Of a stretch of DNA of 64,000 nucleotides, positions 50,643 to 60,751 are shown one piece after another; the stretch's first letter is position 1; each line of letters begins with the position of its first letter. Made by a program: the position numbers and the translations under genes. The stretch spans positions 288,001 through 352,000 of the forward strand of contig CAWBMP010000002.1 in the NCBI GenBank assembly GCA_963790025.1, in the 5' to 3' direction. Below the pieces are notes generated by a model. It ran no database searches and had not been told where the DNA came from. It saw nothing but the letters and a program-made list of their open reading frames with translations. This DNA comes from Nitrospirota bacterium (lineage in GTDB: Bacteria; Nitrospirota; Thermodesulfovibrionia; Thermodesulfovibrionales; Dissulfurispiraceae).

Positions 50643-51827
50643 CTATACACATACCTCCTTAAAATGAGTTCTCTGAGTCAGCATAGCAAACATAACTCTG
50701 ACCAGTTTGTGAGCTGTTGCAAGCGCAGCTTTTTTAAATGGCTGGCCAGCTTCTTTTCGTTTCATGAAATATTCCCTGAATGTTGGGTTGTGCTGTATCA
50801 CGCATACGGTCATAAGCCAAATGACCCTTCTGAGATGACGATTGCCCCTCTTTGAGATTCGGCTTGACCCTTCATATTTCCCTGATTGATACACTGATGG
50901 ATCTATTCCGGCAAAAGCGATAAGATTCTTTACGGAAGGGAAATTGCTTATTTTGCCAATCTCGGCAAGAAATGCAGTGGCAGTTTTGTCAGAAATTCCA
51001 TTGATCGAGGTAATAATCTCTAAGTCCTCAATCATCATTGATTTGCAGGCCTCGGTAAGTGCTTTGGCCAGTTCATTGCGCTGTTCATAAAGATGCTTGA
51101 TCGTAGATATCTTTCCTCTGAGAATCAACTCCTTTGCTGGACTCACTGTTGCAACAGAGTTCTGTGCTGCCTGGATAAGGTCTGCTGCTGTGTAGGTCAA
51201 TCTGGTGCCCACTCCCTTTCTGTTCAGTGCTTTTGCTATTGCCCTGGGTTTGGCAGCTTTCACCATGCGAGCAGAAGAAAACTCCTGCAAAAAGTCGAGC
51301 ATTACCTTTGTTGAGGGATCGCAGATAGATTCCAGTTCCGGGAAGATTGTTTGAAGGAGTCTTTTGATCTCTGTTTTATTGATAGATATTAGCTGACATA
51401 GCGATTCACTCTCTCTTGCAAGATCTCTGAGGTCCTGCAGGTCCTGGGTAACCGACAGTTGCGAGAGAGAATCCCTGTGTATCATAGCGAACTGGGCAAT
51501 GGTACCGGCGTCTTTCTTGTCCGTCTTAGTCTTCCGAAGAGAAAGTCTGGCAAAATTTGAAATCAGCAGCGGATTAATTACAACAGCGTTCACGTTATTT
51601 GCGGTGAGGAATGAGAACAGGTTGATGTGATAGCACGCCGTAGATTCCATGGCGACGAGCACGTCTGCTAAGTCCCGACTCTTGCTCTTCAGTTCATCCA
51701 ATAAGTTGGAAAATCCCGTGCTATTCATAGGAAATGACATGGAAAAAAGAGTCTCGCCCTTGGCATTTAGACCATGCCCCGTGGACGAATCCTTTGCTAC
51801 ATCAATCCCAACGAAAACCTCGATCAT
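50643..51827 (-). CDS. IS110-family transposase/recombinase
   Basis: VGIDVAK, AMESTA, KTDKKDA (DEDD RuvC), AGIDPSVYQSG..ISKRGNRHLR; GGAGG SD before ATG 51827. Confidence 0.95.
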   Translation of the reverse strand: MIEVFVGIDVAKDSSTGHGLNAKGETLFSMSFPMNSTGFSNLLDELKSKSRDLADVLVAMESTACYHINLFSFLTANNVNAVVINPLLISNFARLSLRKTKTDKKDAGTIAQFAMIHRDSLSQLSVTQDLQDLRDLARESESLCQLISINKTEIKRLLQTIFPELESICDPSTKVMLDFLQEFSSARMVKAAKPRAIAKALNRKGVGTRLTYTAADLIQAAQNSVATVSPAKELILRGKISTIKHLYEQRNELAKALTEACKSMMIEDLEIITSINGISDKTATAFLAEIGKISNFPSVKNLIAFAGIDPSVYQSGKYEGSSRISKRGNRHLRRVIWLMTVCVIQHNPTFREYFMKRKEAGQPFKKAALATAHKLVRVMFAMLTQRTHFKEVCV

Positions 51828-51854
51828 TTGGATTACCTCCTCCTGACAGATTTT

Positions 51855-52006
51855 GAAGGGAAGGATATGCCTCCCAGCCAATACACCCGCGTTACCAGGG
51901 CTCTAAGGCCCAATCAACTGATCAGGGCTAGGGGAGGCAGGGGATAAACAGAAACAAGGGTTCTATCACCCAGTGAGCACCATATCCTCCTGCCCTTCCT
52001 GACTTC
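51855..52006 (-). ncRNA. Putative IS110 bridge RNA
   Basis: Two adjacent stems, each with a large internal loop and a small capping hairpin (GGGT-GATAGA-ACCC; GGGC-CTTAGA-GCCC), downstream of TGnTATAAA (52015-52007). Confidence 0.6.
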
Positions 52007-52290
52007 TTTATAACATAATCTGTTGGTAGGTGTGAGGATGTAGCGTCTCGACGTCCGGCTGAAAACACGCAAGAGCCTCTTGCGCTCAAGAAGGATGATT
52101 TTGGAGTCAAGAAAAATACAATTTGTGGCTTCTAAATAGTCAGGCTCAAGAACTTTGCAAACTCATTGTTAACCATCATGTGATTTTAACCCACTATGGA
52201 TATTTATCGGCGTCGAACAGCGACTCACTGTAGTTCATTGACACAGATACATCTTTAGACTAATGAAACTTGCATAATCGACCTTACAAA

Positions 52291-52328
52291 TGCGATAATT
52301 GTCGTATACAACTACAACAAATGTCGTA
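52291..52328. promoter_or_regulatory. Two imperfect palindromic operators upstream of xre-res
   Basis: TGCGATAATTGTCGTA (52291-52306) and TACAACAAATGTCGTA (52313-52328), starts 22 bp apart. Confidence 0.55.
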
Positions 52329-52350
52329 AATAAGAAAGGTGGTGTTAATT

Positions 52351-52926
52351 ATGCCGCACAGAATATTTCAGGCGCAATCCTGTGAGCACGAAAGCATAGA
52401 ACTGCGGGCTCTTGTTCTACTTGGGGTAAAAGAGATCATAAAGGCTATGATGGATTACCAGAAACATAGCGGTTCTAGAACTACTAAGCATTTTTTATCT
52501 CACAGAGAGACTATGTTAAATTGGGAACCTTCGAAACATATTTGCCTTGACATAGGCGGTCTGCGACCGGACCACTTTATTCGGGAAGGGTTTGATAGCA
52601 GATCAAGCCGGCTCCTGAAGAATAGCCTCAGGATAACCGACCATGAGATATCAGAATTGATCGGTGTTACAAGCAGGACGATCCAAAGAAAGGTGAAGGC
52701 GAAAGAGAAATTTGACATGATAGCTAGCGACCGCCTGTATCGTGTAGCACTTGTTTTTGCACTTGCAACGGAAGTATTCGAAAACGAAGAAGAGGCTAGG
52801 GAATGGCTCCGTGAGCCTCAGTATGATCTTGGTAACAGAATTCCCCTTGAGGTCATCCAGACAGAGGCCGGCGCCAGAGAGGTTGAGAGTCTTCTTCGGC
52901 GTATTGACCAGGGCGTCCTGGCATGA
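52351..52926 (+). CDS. Xre/MbcA/ParS-like antitoxin (DUF2384)
   Basis: HTH LIGVTSRTIQR, SDRLYRVA, VFE...AREWL..P...LG..PLE...TEAG..EV..LL.RI..GV. Confidence 0.88.
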   Translation: MPHRIFQAQSCEHESIELRALVLLGVKEIIKAMMDYQKHSGSRTTKHFLSHRETMLNWEPSKHICLDIGGLRPDHFIREGFDSRSSRLLKNSLRITDHEISELIGVTSRTIQRKVKAKEKFDMIASDRLYRVALVFALATEVFENEEEAREWLREPQYDLGNRIPLEVIQTEAGAREVESLLRRIDQGVLA

Positions 52927-53408
52927 TGCAATGCTGGCGTATTGTAAATAAGAAGTGGGCTGTCGATGCTTTCTCTGGCGAAGGAGCCCGCAACTATCCT
53001 GGACGATGGAACCTTTCAGGGACAAGCATGGTTTATTGTTCAGAAAACCTTTCCCTGGCGGCGTTAGAACTTTTTATGCGTGTCAAGGGGCATGGACGCT
53101 ATGTATCGTACGTACGCTTTCAAGTTGATATTCCTGATGATGTTACCGTCGAAATGGTCGATGCTAAATTACTACCTTCCCACTGGGACTGTGTTCCGCC
53201 ATTGCAGTATACGAGGGAGTTGGGGAGTAAATGGGTAATCGAGAAAAGAACTGCCGTCTTAAAGGTGCCATCAGTGGCAATACATGGTGAATTTAACGTG
53301 CTATTGAACCCTATGCACTCGGATTTTGCTAAAATTATAGTCCATAACCCTCCACAACCGTTCTCTTTCGACCCACGAATGTGGGAAGATAGCACTGGCG
53401 TGAAATAG
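52923..53408 (+). CDS. RES-domain toxin
   Basis: WRI, FSGEGA..YPGRWN, VYCSE.LSLAALE, VPSV, NVLLNP.H, FDPR; ATGA overlap with the antitoxin. Confidence 0.9.
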   Translation: MMQCWRIVNKKWAVDAFSGEGARNYPGRWNLSGTSMVYCSENLSLAALELFMRVKGHGRYVSYVRFQVDIPDDVTVEMVDAKLLPSHWDCVPPLQYTRELGSKWVIEKRTAVLKVPSVAIHGEFNVLLNPMHSDFAKIIVHNPPQPFSFDPRMWEDSTGVK

Positions 53409-53726
53409 CTCCTTATTTCTTCTGATATCCATTTCCTGTCAGCGCTTTTAATAGAGACTTACCTCTTGGTTCTTTTCGGTTAAGGTCCAGAGAACTAACC
53501 ACTGAGCATTTCCATTTGAAACATAGCATAGCTAAGTCCGTGTCTCCTCTCAAGAGTTCTGTGAGGAATTGACCGCAGTTGAACGCTCTCATTTTTTGCA
53601 GGATAGTGGACTCCGCATAAGGAAATTGCGGGACAGTATTTGTGGTTACAAAACTTGTCAACACAAATACCGTCTGCTGCAAATTTATGGCCTGGAAGAA
53701 ACCGAAAAAAATGTGCTGGCTTCAGA

Positions 53727-54965
53727 TCACGCCGATTCGGCCTTGTCCTCGTATACTAGAATAGCCCGATCTTTTTGTGCGATGGCCTCTTCGTTGATAA
53801 TGCATTCTGCAACGCCCCTCTTGGAAGGAATATCGTACATTACATCAAGCATCACGTCTTCAAGAATGGCCCTTAGACCGCGAGCGCCTGTCTTTCTCGC
53901 GATGGCTTTCTTGGCTATAGCGGTGAGCGCCCCTTCAGTAAACTTCAGCCTGACATTGTCCATCATAAGAAGTTTCTGATACTGCTTTACCAGCGCATTC
54001 CTGGGCTGCGTCAATATAGTTACCAGCGCGGCCTCATCCAGCTCTTCCAGCGTTGCCACGACAGGGAGACGGCCTACAAATTCAGGGATCAGTCCGTAGC
54101 GTATTAGGTCCTCCGGCTCGACAAGACCGAATACGTCCAGCGCCTTATCTTTATTGACGGGCACATCAGAAGAGAAGCCTATAGTCCTCTTGCCGGTCCT
54201 GCGCTCTATGATTGAATCGAGTCCAACAAATGCGCCACCGCACATAAAAAGGATATTCGAGGTGTCGAGCTGAATGTATTCCTGCTGGGGATGCTTTCTG
54301 CCGCCCTGAGGGGGGATATTCGCAACAGTCCCCTCGATTATTTTGAGGAGCGCCTGCTGGACCCCCTCGCCTGAGACATCTCTCGTGATTGAGGGGCTGT
54401 CAGACTTCCTGCTTATTTTGTCTATCTCATCAATATAGATGATTCCCCGCTGGGCCCGTTCCACATCATATTCGGCCGCCTGCAGCAATTTCAGGAGCAC
54501 ATTTTCAACATCCTCACCGACATAACCTGCCTCGGTCAGTGTCGTAGCGTCCGCTATGGTAAAGGGGACATCGAGATACCTGGCAAGTATCTGCGCAAGA
54601 AGTGTCTTTCCAGTGCCTGTAGGTCCAATCAGCAGTATATTGCTTTTTTGCAGCTCAACATCGGATTTAGCGCCCCGGAATATTCTTTTATAATGGTTGT
54701 GGACGGCAACGGACAATACCCTTTTTGCCTTTTCCTGTCCTATCACATAATCATTCAGGAATTTGTGGATCTCGCCCGGTGTCGGAAGCTTTTTGGAAAA
54801 CTCTTTATCGAGAACATGCAATTCCTCATCTATTATCTCATTGCAGAGACCAACGCACTCATCACAAATATATACGGTAGGCCCGGCAATCAGTTTCTTA
54901 ACCTCTTCCTGACCCTTCCCGCAAAAAGAGCATTTAAGCAATGCATCGTTAATCTTACGAGCCAT
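53727..54965 (-). CDS. clpX: ATP-dependent Clp protease ATP-binding subunit
   Basis: [48 protein letters not shown]. Confidence 0.97.
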   Translation of the reverse strand: MARKINDALLKCSFCGKGQEEVKKLIAGPTVYICDECVGLCNEIIDEELHVLDKEFSKKLPTPGEIHKFLNDYVIGQEKAKRVLSVAVHNHYKRIFRGAKSDVELQKSNILLIGPTGTGKTLLAQILARYLDVPFTIADATTLTEAGYVGEDVENVLLKLLQAAEYDVERAQRGIIYIDEIDKISRKSDSPSITRDVSGEGVQQALLKIIEGTVANIPPQGGRKHPQQEYIQLDTSNILFMCGGAFVGLDSIIERRTGKRTIGFSSDVPVNKDKALDVFGLVEPEDLIRYGLIPEFVGRLPVVATLEELDEAALVTILTQPRNALVKQYQKLLMMDNVRLKFTEGALTAIAKKAIARKTGARGLRAILEDVMLDVMYDIPSKRGVAECIINEEAIAQKDRAILVYEDKAESA

Positions 54966-54980
54966 AACAACCTCCAGCCA

Positions 54981-55583
54981 CTATTTCTTTTCCTTTTTTT
55001 CTTTAACCGAAGCTATTACTTCATCCACAATGCCGTATGCCTTGGCATCCTCACCCGACATAAAATAATCTCTCTCTGTATCAGCGTGGATTTTCTCATA
55101 AGTCTGGCCGGTATGATTAGCCATAATAGCGTTCAGTGTCTCTTTCATTTTCAAAATCTCTTTTGCGTGGATTTCTACATCAGTAGCCTGTCCGTAAAAA
55201 CCCGCAGTGGGCTGATGAATCATGACCCGTGAATGGGGCAACGCGAACCGCTTGCCCTTTGTGCCTGCGCACAAAAGGAGAGCTCCCATGCTTGCAGCCT
55301 GGCCTATGCAGTAGGTTGCGATATCGGGCTTTACGAACTGCATGGTATCGTACATGGCAAGGCCCGCAGAAACAACTCCGCCCGGCGAATTGACATAAAT
55401 ATGAATATCTTTTTCAGGGTCCTCAGTCTGCAGGAAAAGCAGCTGGGCAATGACCACATTGGCCACATTGTCATCTATAGCTGTACCGATAAAGATTATT
55501 CTGTCCTTGAGCAGTCTTGAGTATATATCATAAACCCTCTCGGTACGCCCGGTCTGTTCAATTACAATTGGAACAATGCTCAT
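54981..55583 (-). CDS. clpP: ATP-dependent Clp protease proteolytic subunit
   Basis: [34 protein letters not shown]. Confidence 0.97.
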   Translation of the reverse strand: MSIVPIVIEQTGRTERVYDIYSRLLKDRIIFIGTAIDDNVANVVIAQLLFLQTEDPEKDIHIYVNSPGGVVSAGLAMYDTMQFVKPDIATYCIGQAASMGALLLCAGTKGKRFALPHSRVMIHQPTAGFYGQATDVEIHAKEILKMKETLNAIMANHTGQTYEKIHADTERDYFMSGEDAKAYGIVDEVIASVKEKKEKK

Positions 55584-56839
55584 TGTATATTATTCTCCTT
55601 GGCCCCAGTTTCAATTTTCGCTTTGCCGAGCAGCACTGCAAGCGTCTTTCTCTCAAAAAGCGAATGCCGTAACCCCTCAAGCGAGCCGTCTTTTGTCACA
55701 TAATATTTTATAACATTTTCAGGAGTAATATGAAACCTTTGTGCCATACCGGCAATTTCTTCCTTGACTTCATCTTCTGAGACAGTCAGCCCTTCCTTTT
55801 CACCGATCATTTCCAGGAGCAAAGTCGCCTTAACACTTTTTTCCGCTTCGGGCCTGAACGTTTCTTTCAAGACCTCGTCAGACCTGTCATCTTTTCCCGA
55901 TGCCCGGATTTCGCTTACAATGCCGTGAAGCTGGTGATCAAGCATACTTTCAGGGACTTCAAACTGATATGTTTCAAGCAGTTTGTCAAGGACCTCCCGC
56001 TGCATCTCATTTTCAGCCCTTCTTTTTTTAGCATCTAAAATGTTACCTCTGACCCTTTCCTTTACCTGTGCCAGGTCCTGAAGCCCGAGATCTTTTGCAA
56101 ATTCGTCATCAAGGGCCGGGAGCGTCCGCTTTTTCATCTCCCTGACGCTGACTATAAAAGTTGGGGCTTTCCCTGCATAGGGTGATTGCATGTCCTCGGG
56201 AAAGACAGCTTGAATTTCAAGCTCCTCATCCTTTTTTCTTCCTATCAGTCCATCAAAGAACTCTTTCGGGTATGGGCCGCTGCCCACCTTTAAAACAACA
56301 TCTTTAACCAAAGAGTTGTCCTCTTTGACCGTATAATCAATAGTGACCAGGTCCCCAGTCTGCACAGGATCGTCCGATGCCTCATAAGTTGCACGCTCTT
56401 CGGCGAGAGTCTGCAAATAAGTATCCACTTCCTCGTCCTTGACTTCAACAGTAATATCCCTTACCGGGATGTCCTGATACACCAGATTTTCTATTTTAGG
56501 CATAACTTCGACTGTGAGCGTCATGGAAAGATCAGCATTCCTCTTGTAATCAAAAGATTCTTCTACGGCAGGCTGTGAAACAGGTTTTATGTCGGCCTCT
56601 TTCACCGCCCGCAAATAAAACTCGGGAACTATTTTTTCCAAAACTTCAGCCTCGATATCCTTGCTGAATTTTTTCTCTACCAGCGTCATCGGGGCCTTCC
56701 CCTGCCTGAACCCCGGGAATTTTGCCTTTTTCTGGGCATCAGCAAGACCCTTTCTGATCTCAGACTCTATTGAATCGGCCGGAATTTCTATTTTAAGCCG
56801 TTTCTTAGTTGATGATATGTCTTCGAGTACCTTTAACAA
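55580..56839 (-). CDS. tig: Trigger factor
   Basis: PGFRQGKAP signature; position upstream of clpP-clpX; TTG start after GGAGG. Confidence 0.93.
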   Translation of the reverse strand: MLKVLEDISSTKKRLKIEIPADSIESEIRKGLADAQKKAKFPGFRQGKAPMTLVEKKFSKDIEAEVLEKIVPEFYLRAVKEADIKPVSQPAVEESFDYKRNADLSMTLTVEVMPKIENLVYQDIPVRDITVEVKDEEVDTYLQTLAEERATYEASDDPVQTGDLVTIDYTVKEDNSLVKDVVLKVGSGPYPKEFFDGLIGRKKDEELEIQAVFPEDMQSPYAGKAPTFIVSVREMKKRTLPALDDEFAKDLGLQDLAQVKERVRGNILDAKKRRAENEMQREVLDKLLETYQFEVPESMLDHQLHGIVSEIRASGKDDRSDEVLKETFRPEAEKSVKATLLLEMIGEKEGLTVSEDEVKEEIAGMAQRFHITPENVIKYYVTKDGSLEGLRHSLFERKTLAVLLGKAKIETGAKENNIQ

Positions 56840-56941
56840 TTTCTATTTCTCCTCCCGCAATTAGTGCTTGATCTGTAACACTTTAGTTTAACCTAACCCC
56901 CTGCCTTTGTCAATTTTTGGCGGTACATTTCCCCGTTGGGC

Positions 56942-57325
56942 CTATTTTGCGGGCTTATTTTGAATGCGTTTCCCGTCTGTCCAAATTGCCCCCTCAAGGT
57001 CAGCCCTGGTCAGGTCCGCCCCGCTAAGACGGGCCCCTTCAAGGTTCGCCCAGTTCAACTTAGCCCCTCTCAGGCTTGCCCTGCTCAAGTTCGCACTGCT
57101 CAGGTCCGCCCCGCTAAGATTGGTCCTGCTCAGATTCGCCCCTTCCAGATTGGCCCTGCTCAGATTCGCCCCGCTTAGGTCCGCCCCGTTCAGGTCACAA
57201 CGGACACATGCATTGGTGTTACTCAATTTTGCCAAATCAGATGCGTTAAACCCATATGCGACAGTTCCCATTAAGACCAGACAAATTACGGCCATCCCAA
57301 TTCCTGTCATGTTTCTTCCCTGCAT
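56942..57325 (-). CDS. Exported pentapeptide-repeat protein
   Basis: Signal peptide, CVRCDL, tandem A(D/N)LSG/R pentapeptides. Confidence 0.88.
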   Translation of the reverse strand: MQGRNMTGIGMAVICLVLMGTVAYGFNASDLAKLSNTNACVRCDLNGADLSGANLSRANLEGANLSRTNLSGADLSSANLSRASLRGAKLNWANLEGARLSGADLTRADLEGAIWTDGKRIQNKPAK

Positions 57326-57385
57326 GTCTTACCTCCCGTGTAAAAAGTAGTAAATGACACAGCGCAAATGATTATAGCATTTGGA

Positions 57386-57865
57386 TTAGTCTTCGGAAAG
57401 CAGGGCGATAATGCTGTTGGCGGTCTGTTTGACCATCGGCGACATCTTCTCTCCACAGAAGACGCTTCCGGCCTGAATACCTATAAAATAAACACCGGCA
57501 TCGGTATCTTCGGCCAGGATTTTTGCTACGGCCCTGATAGGAAAAGCATGTGTGCTCAGCGTGCTCTCCGGAATAAATTGTTCGGATATCACCCGCGCTT
57601 CTCCCGGCAGACCTCCGAAATCGGCAGCGTCTATAATAACTGTCCGGGCAGGTCTTAACGATGCAGCATGATCCAGGACCGTTTCCGGCCTCTCGCCGGC
57701 ATCAATAATGCGTATCCCCTTTTTCGGTGAATGAACGTGCTTTGCTATATATGGCCCAACGCCGTCATCGGACCTAAAGTCGTTACCCACTGTAAGTATG
57801 AGCACAATGCCGGATTCAGGCTGCTGCAAAATTTCAATTACGTCATCGGTTAGTGAATTGCACAT
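57386..57865 (-). CDS. Hydrogenase maturation protease (HycI-like)
   Basis: VGNDFRSDDGVG, AGERPE, IIDAADFG, STH, GIQ. Confidence 0.88.
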   Translation of the reverse strand: MCNSLTDDVIEILQQPESGIVLILTVGNDFRSDDGVGPYIAKHVHSPKKGIRIIDAGERPETVLDHAASLRPARTVIIDAADFGGLPGEARVISEQFIPESTLSTHAFPIRAVAKILAEDTDAGVYFIGIQAGSVFCGEKMSPMVKQTANSIIALLSED

Positions 57866-59171
57866 TCAGCATATGCGTTGAGCAGGATATGCAGGGGTCA
57901 TAAGCCCTGACCAGCATCTCAAGGGCAAGCGTTATCTGTTCATCGCTCCTGGTAATTATTTCCGGGACCAGCTTCTCCATATCAAGCTCAATATTCCTGA
58001 GGTTCTGGTTGGTGGGAATCACACAGTTGGCGTCTACAATTATGCCCTTTTCATCAATACTATAGTTATGGAACAATGTTCCGCGCGGCACTTCGACAGC
58101 GCCCACTCCATTCCCCGCTTTTACCGGAATCCTGGACTGTTCATTAAGCCCTACAAGTATCTCCTCATCATAATTAACACCATTATTTTTAAAGAATTCC
58201 ACTATCCCGATCGCCTCTTCAAGACAATGCACCGACTCAATAAGCTGCGCCGCAGTATTCATATATGGATTGATACATTTGGGGCTGAGGTTAAGGGCAG
58301 CGGCAACTTCCCTGGCCCTGGGATGAAGCCTTTCATAATTCAGATTAAAACGAGCAAGTGCGCCCACTGCATATGAACTCCGGCTCAGCTTTGTATGCTT
58401 TGCCGAAGAGTGGGCGACGATATATTCATTTGTAATTTTTTTATAGTCGCTTTTAGGCATTCTGACGCCGTCTGTTGAGCCGATATCGCCCATGAGAAGC
58501 GGGTATTCGCTGTCGTCTTGCACCAGTCCCACATACTCGGTATCGCGCTGGAACTCAGGAAATTTCAGGGTGGCCGCCAGTTCTACAGTGGCATTCAGAT
58601 CAGGCTGCAGGCCCCTGAGCAGGTTCAGCATGGCATCGAGGTCGCAGGCACGGGGCAGCTTGGTAAAACCGCCAACGATTGCGGATATGGGATGTACATG
58701 ACGGCCAACCAATATGTCGCAGACATCGTTGCAGGCTTTTTTCATCCGGAGTGCCCTCCGGACGACGTTTGTATGCGTATCGATCAACGGCACAAAACTC
58801 TTCACGCCAAGCAGGTCCGGTGCTGCGAGGAGATAAATATGCAGAATGTGGCTGTCTAACATCTCGAAATGGAGCAGGAGCTTTCTCAGCCTTACTGTCT
58901 GGTCCGACGGTGCAATACCCAAGGCATCTTCCGCCGCCTGGATCGATGCAAGGGTGTGTCCGCATGAGCAGATGCCGCATATCCTAGCTGTAATATGCTG
59001 CGCCTCGAACACAGAACGTCCCCTGAGCATGCCTTCGAAGAAGCGCGGGGCCTCGACAATGTCCAGTCGACATGTCTCAAGCCTTCCTTCTTTAACGTCA
59101 ACAACAATATTACCGTGCCCCTCGACCCGTGTCAGATATTCAACGTTAATCTTTACATTACGATTGCTCAT
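57843..59171 (-). CDS. hydA: Group 3b [NiFe]-hydrogenase (sulfhydrogenase) large/alpha subunit
   Basis: RVEGHG, EAPRFFE, RICGICS (L1), EVPRG, YDPCISCSTH (L2). Confidence 0.92.
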   Translation of the reverse strand: MSNRNVKINVEYLTRVEGHGNIVVDVKEGRLETCRLDIVEAPRFFEGMLRGRSVFEAQHITARICGICSCGHTLASIQAAEDALGIAPSDQTVRLRKLLLHFEMLDSHILHIYLLAAPDLLGVKSFVPLIDTHTNVVRRALRMKKACNDVCDILVGRHVHPISAIVGGFTKLPRACDLDAMLNLLRGLQPDLNATVELAATLKFPEFQRDTEYVGLVQDDSEYPLLMGDIGSTDGVRMPKSDYKKITNEYIVAHSSAKHTKLSRSSYAVGALARFNLNYERLHPRAREVAAALNLSPKCINPYMNTAAQLIESVHCLEEAIGIVEFFKNNGVNYDEEILVGLNEQSRIPVKAGNGVGAVEVPRGTLFHNYSIDEKGIIVDANCVIPTNQNLRNIELDMEKLVPEIITRSDEQITLALEMLVRAYDPCISCSTHMLNVQFTNR

Positions 59172-59913
59172 TTTTGTCCAGCTCCCTGCACTCGTTATAC
59201 ATATCCATCTTCTTGATTACCATATCCTGAGAAATGCGGTATTTACGGAGTACATCCTGCGCTCCTTCCTCATTGGGGTTGCTCAGCATGCCCCTGCAGC
59301 CGTAGCAGATATTTCCGTTATTGATACACCAAGAGTTGCAGCCGGCCTTTGTCACGGGACCGAGACAGGTCACCCCTTTGTCGTACATGCAGACGTTTTC
59401 ATTCAATTTACATTCAACGCATACGGCGTAATCCGGGACATAATACGGTATGCCAAGGAGTATGGCCTTCAGCACCTCCACAAACTCGGGAATGTAGACA
59501 GGGCATCCGTTCACGAAATAATCAACCGGCACTACCTGGTGGACGGCCCGCGTTTTCCCAGTGGGAAAAAAGCCGTATTCCGCTCCATACACATAGCGCC
59601 GAATATCCTCCAGGTCAACACTGTTCTTTATACCGTTCACACCGCCTATCGTAGCACAGGAGCCATAGGCAACCATGACCGTTGACCTGTCCCGTATCTG
59701 CTTTATCCGCTCAACAGCATGCTTATTGGTTATGCTTCCTTCTATTATCGCAACGTCAAGCGGGCCGTCCCACTGTTCGGACATTACCTCTCGGAACTCC
59801 ACCACATCGATTCGGTCCAGAACCTCCAGCAATGTCTCGCCCATGTTGGCAACCTGGAGCTGGCATCCCTCACAGCAGGCAAAATCGAAAAAAGCCACCT
59901 TCTTCTTTTTCAT
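59158..59913 (-). CDS. hydD: Group 3b hydrogenase small/delta subunit
   Basis: CCEGCQ, EGSI, GSCA..GG, GCP, VCVECK, CLGPVTKAGC, CYGCRG. Confidence 0.9.
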   Translation of the reverse strand: MKKKKVAFFDFACCEGCQLQVANMGETLLEVLDRIDVVEFREVMSEQWDGPLDVAIIEGSITNKHAVERIKQIRDRSTVMVAYGSCATIGGVNGIKNSVDLEDIRRYVYGAEYGFFPTGKTRAVHQVVPVDYFVNGCPVYIPEFVEVLKAILLGIPYYVPDYAVCVECKLNENVCMYDKGVTCLGPVTKAGCNSWCINNGNICYGCRGMLSNPNEEGAQDVLRKYRISQDMVIKKMDMYNECRELDKNEQS

Positions 59914-59914
59914 C

Positions 59915-60751
59915 TCACAGCGCCTCGCTAATGTTTTTGATGTCCCCATAATTGAAAACCGGACCGTCCTGGCAGCAATATAGATTGTCGATTTGACAGC
60001 GGCCGCATTTTCCCATCCCGCATTTCATATTGCGCTCAAAGGAGACAAGTATCTGGCGCTCAGGTATCCCCTTGAGAAGTAATTCTTTTATTACAAACTT
60101 GTACATTATGGGCGGACCGACTATCACGGCAAATGTTCGTGCAGGATCGAGGTGAATGCCGGGAATCAGGGTAGTGATACGGCCCACGTGACCCGCCCAA
60201 TCAGGGGCTCCACTGTCCACAGTACACTCATAATACACATCCATCCGTTTTCTCCAGTGCTCAACTTCATCGAGAAAAAGCATGTCTTGTGGTGTCTTGC
60301 AGCCCAGCAATATATGCACCTTTCCGAAGTCCCGCCGGTTATCGAGGACATAATTGATCAGTGACCTGAGCGGGGCAATGCCGAGACCTCCCGCTATGAT
60401 CAGCAGATCATTACCCTCAAGTATCCTGATGGGGAAACCCTTACCGTAAGGCCCCCTGATACCAACTTCATCCCCTGCTTCGAGATGGTGCATTGCACGT
60501 GTAACCTTTCCCACCGCTCTCACCAGGACATCAAACGATCCCCGTTTTGTTGGAGATGATGCTATAGATATGGGGACCTCACCAGCCCCGAAAACAGAGA
60601 TCATTATAAACTGTCCCGGCTCGTAATCAAGGTTCTCCGTCATGTCCAGAGCAATTTCAAACAGTCTTTCCTGAGATGTCATCTGCTTTGTGCGGAGGAG
60701 CGTTCCTTTCTTGAACCGGTAATTCGAGTCCTTTATAACCACTTTTTCCAT
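59915..60751 (-). CDS. hydG: Group 3b hydrogenase FAD/NAD(P)-binding gamma subunit
   Basis: PGQF, GEVPISI, RGPYG, AGGLGIAPLRS, VGPPIM, MKCGMGKCGRC, CQDGPVF. Confidence 0.9.
   Translation of the reverse strand: MEKVVIKDSNYRFKKGTLLRTKQMTSQERLFEIALDMTENLDYEPGQFIMISVFGAGEVPISIASSPTKRGSFDVLVRAVGKVTRAMHHLEAGDEVGIRGPYGKGFPIRILEGNDLLIIAGGLGIAPLRSLINYVLDNRRDFGKVHILLGCKTPQDMLFLDEVEHWRKRMDVYYECTVDSGAPDWAGHVGRITTLIPGIHLDPARTFAVIVGPPIMYKFVIKELLLKGIPERQILVSFERNMKCGMGKCGRCQIDNLYCCQDGPVFNYGDIKNISEAL

Larger units (their letters stand above)
50627..52020 (-). mobile_element. IS110-family insertion sequence (inferred boundaries)
   Basis: Transposase, long structured upstream end, TTGACA right after the stop, shared 2-nt core (TC on + at 50627-50628 and 52019-52020); rejoined flanks form a REP-like hairpin. 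Confidence 0.65.

Noticed and set aside
53413..53700. ORFs in the RES toxin-clpX spacer
   Set aside because: No motifs or SD, mutually overlapping; treated as non-coding or remnant DNA.
56960..57200. 15-nt periodic repeats that could be taken for a CRISPR or DNA tandem array
   Set aside because: They are the codons of the pentapeptide-repeat protein; no spacers or cas genes.
57843..59171. [NiFeSe] hydrogenase, given selC
   Set aside because: The L2 motif is DPCISC with Cys codons and no in-frame UGA.
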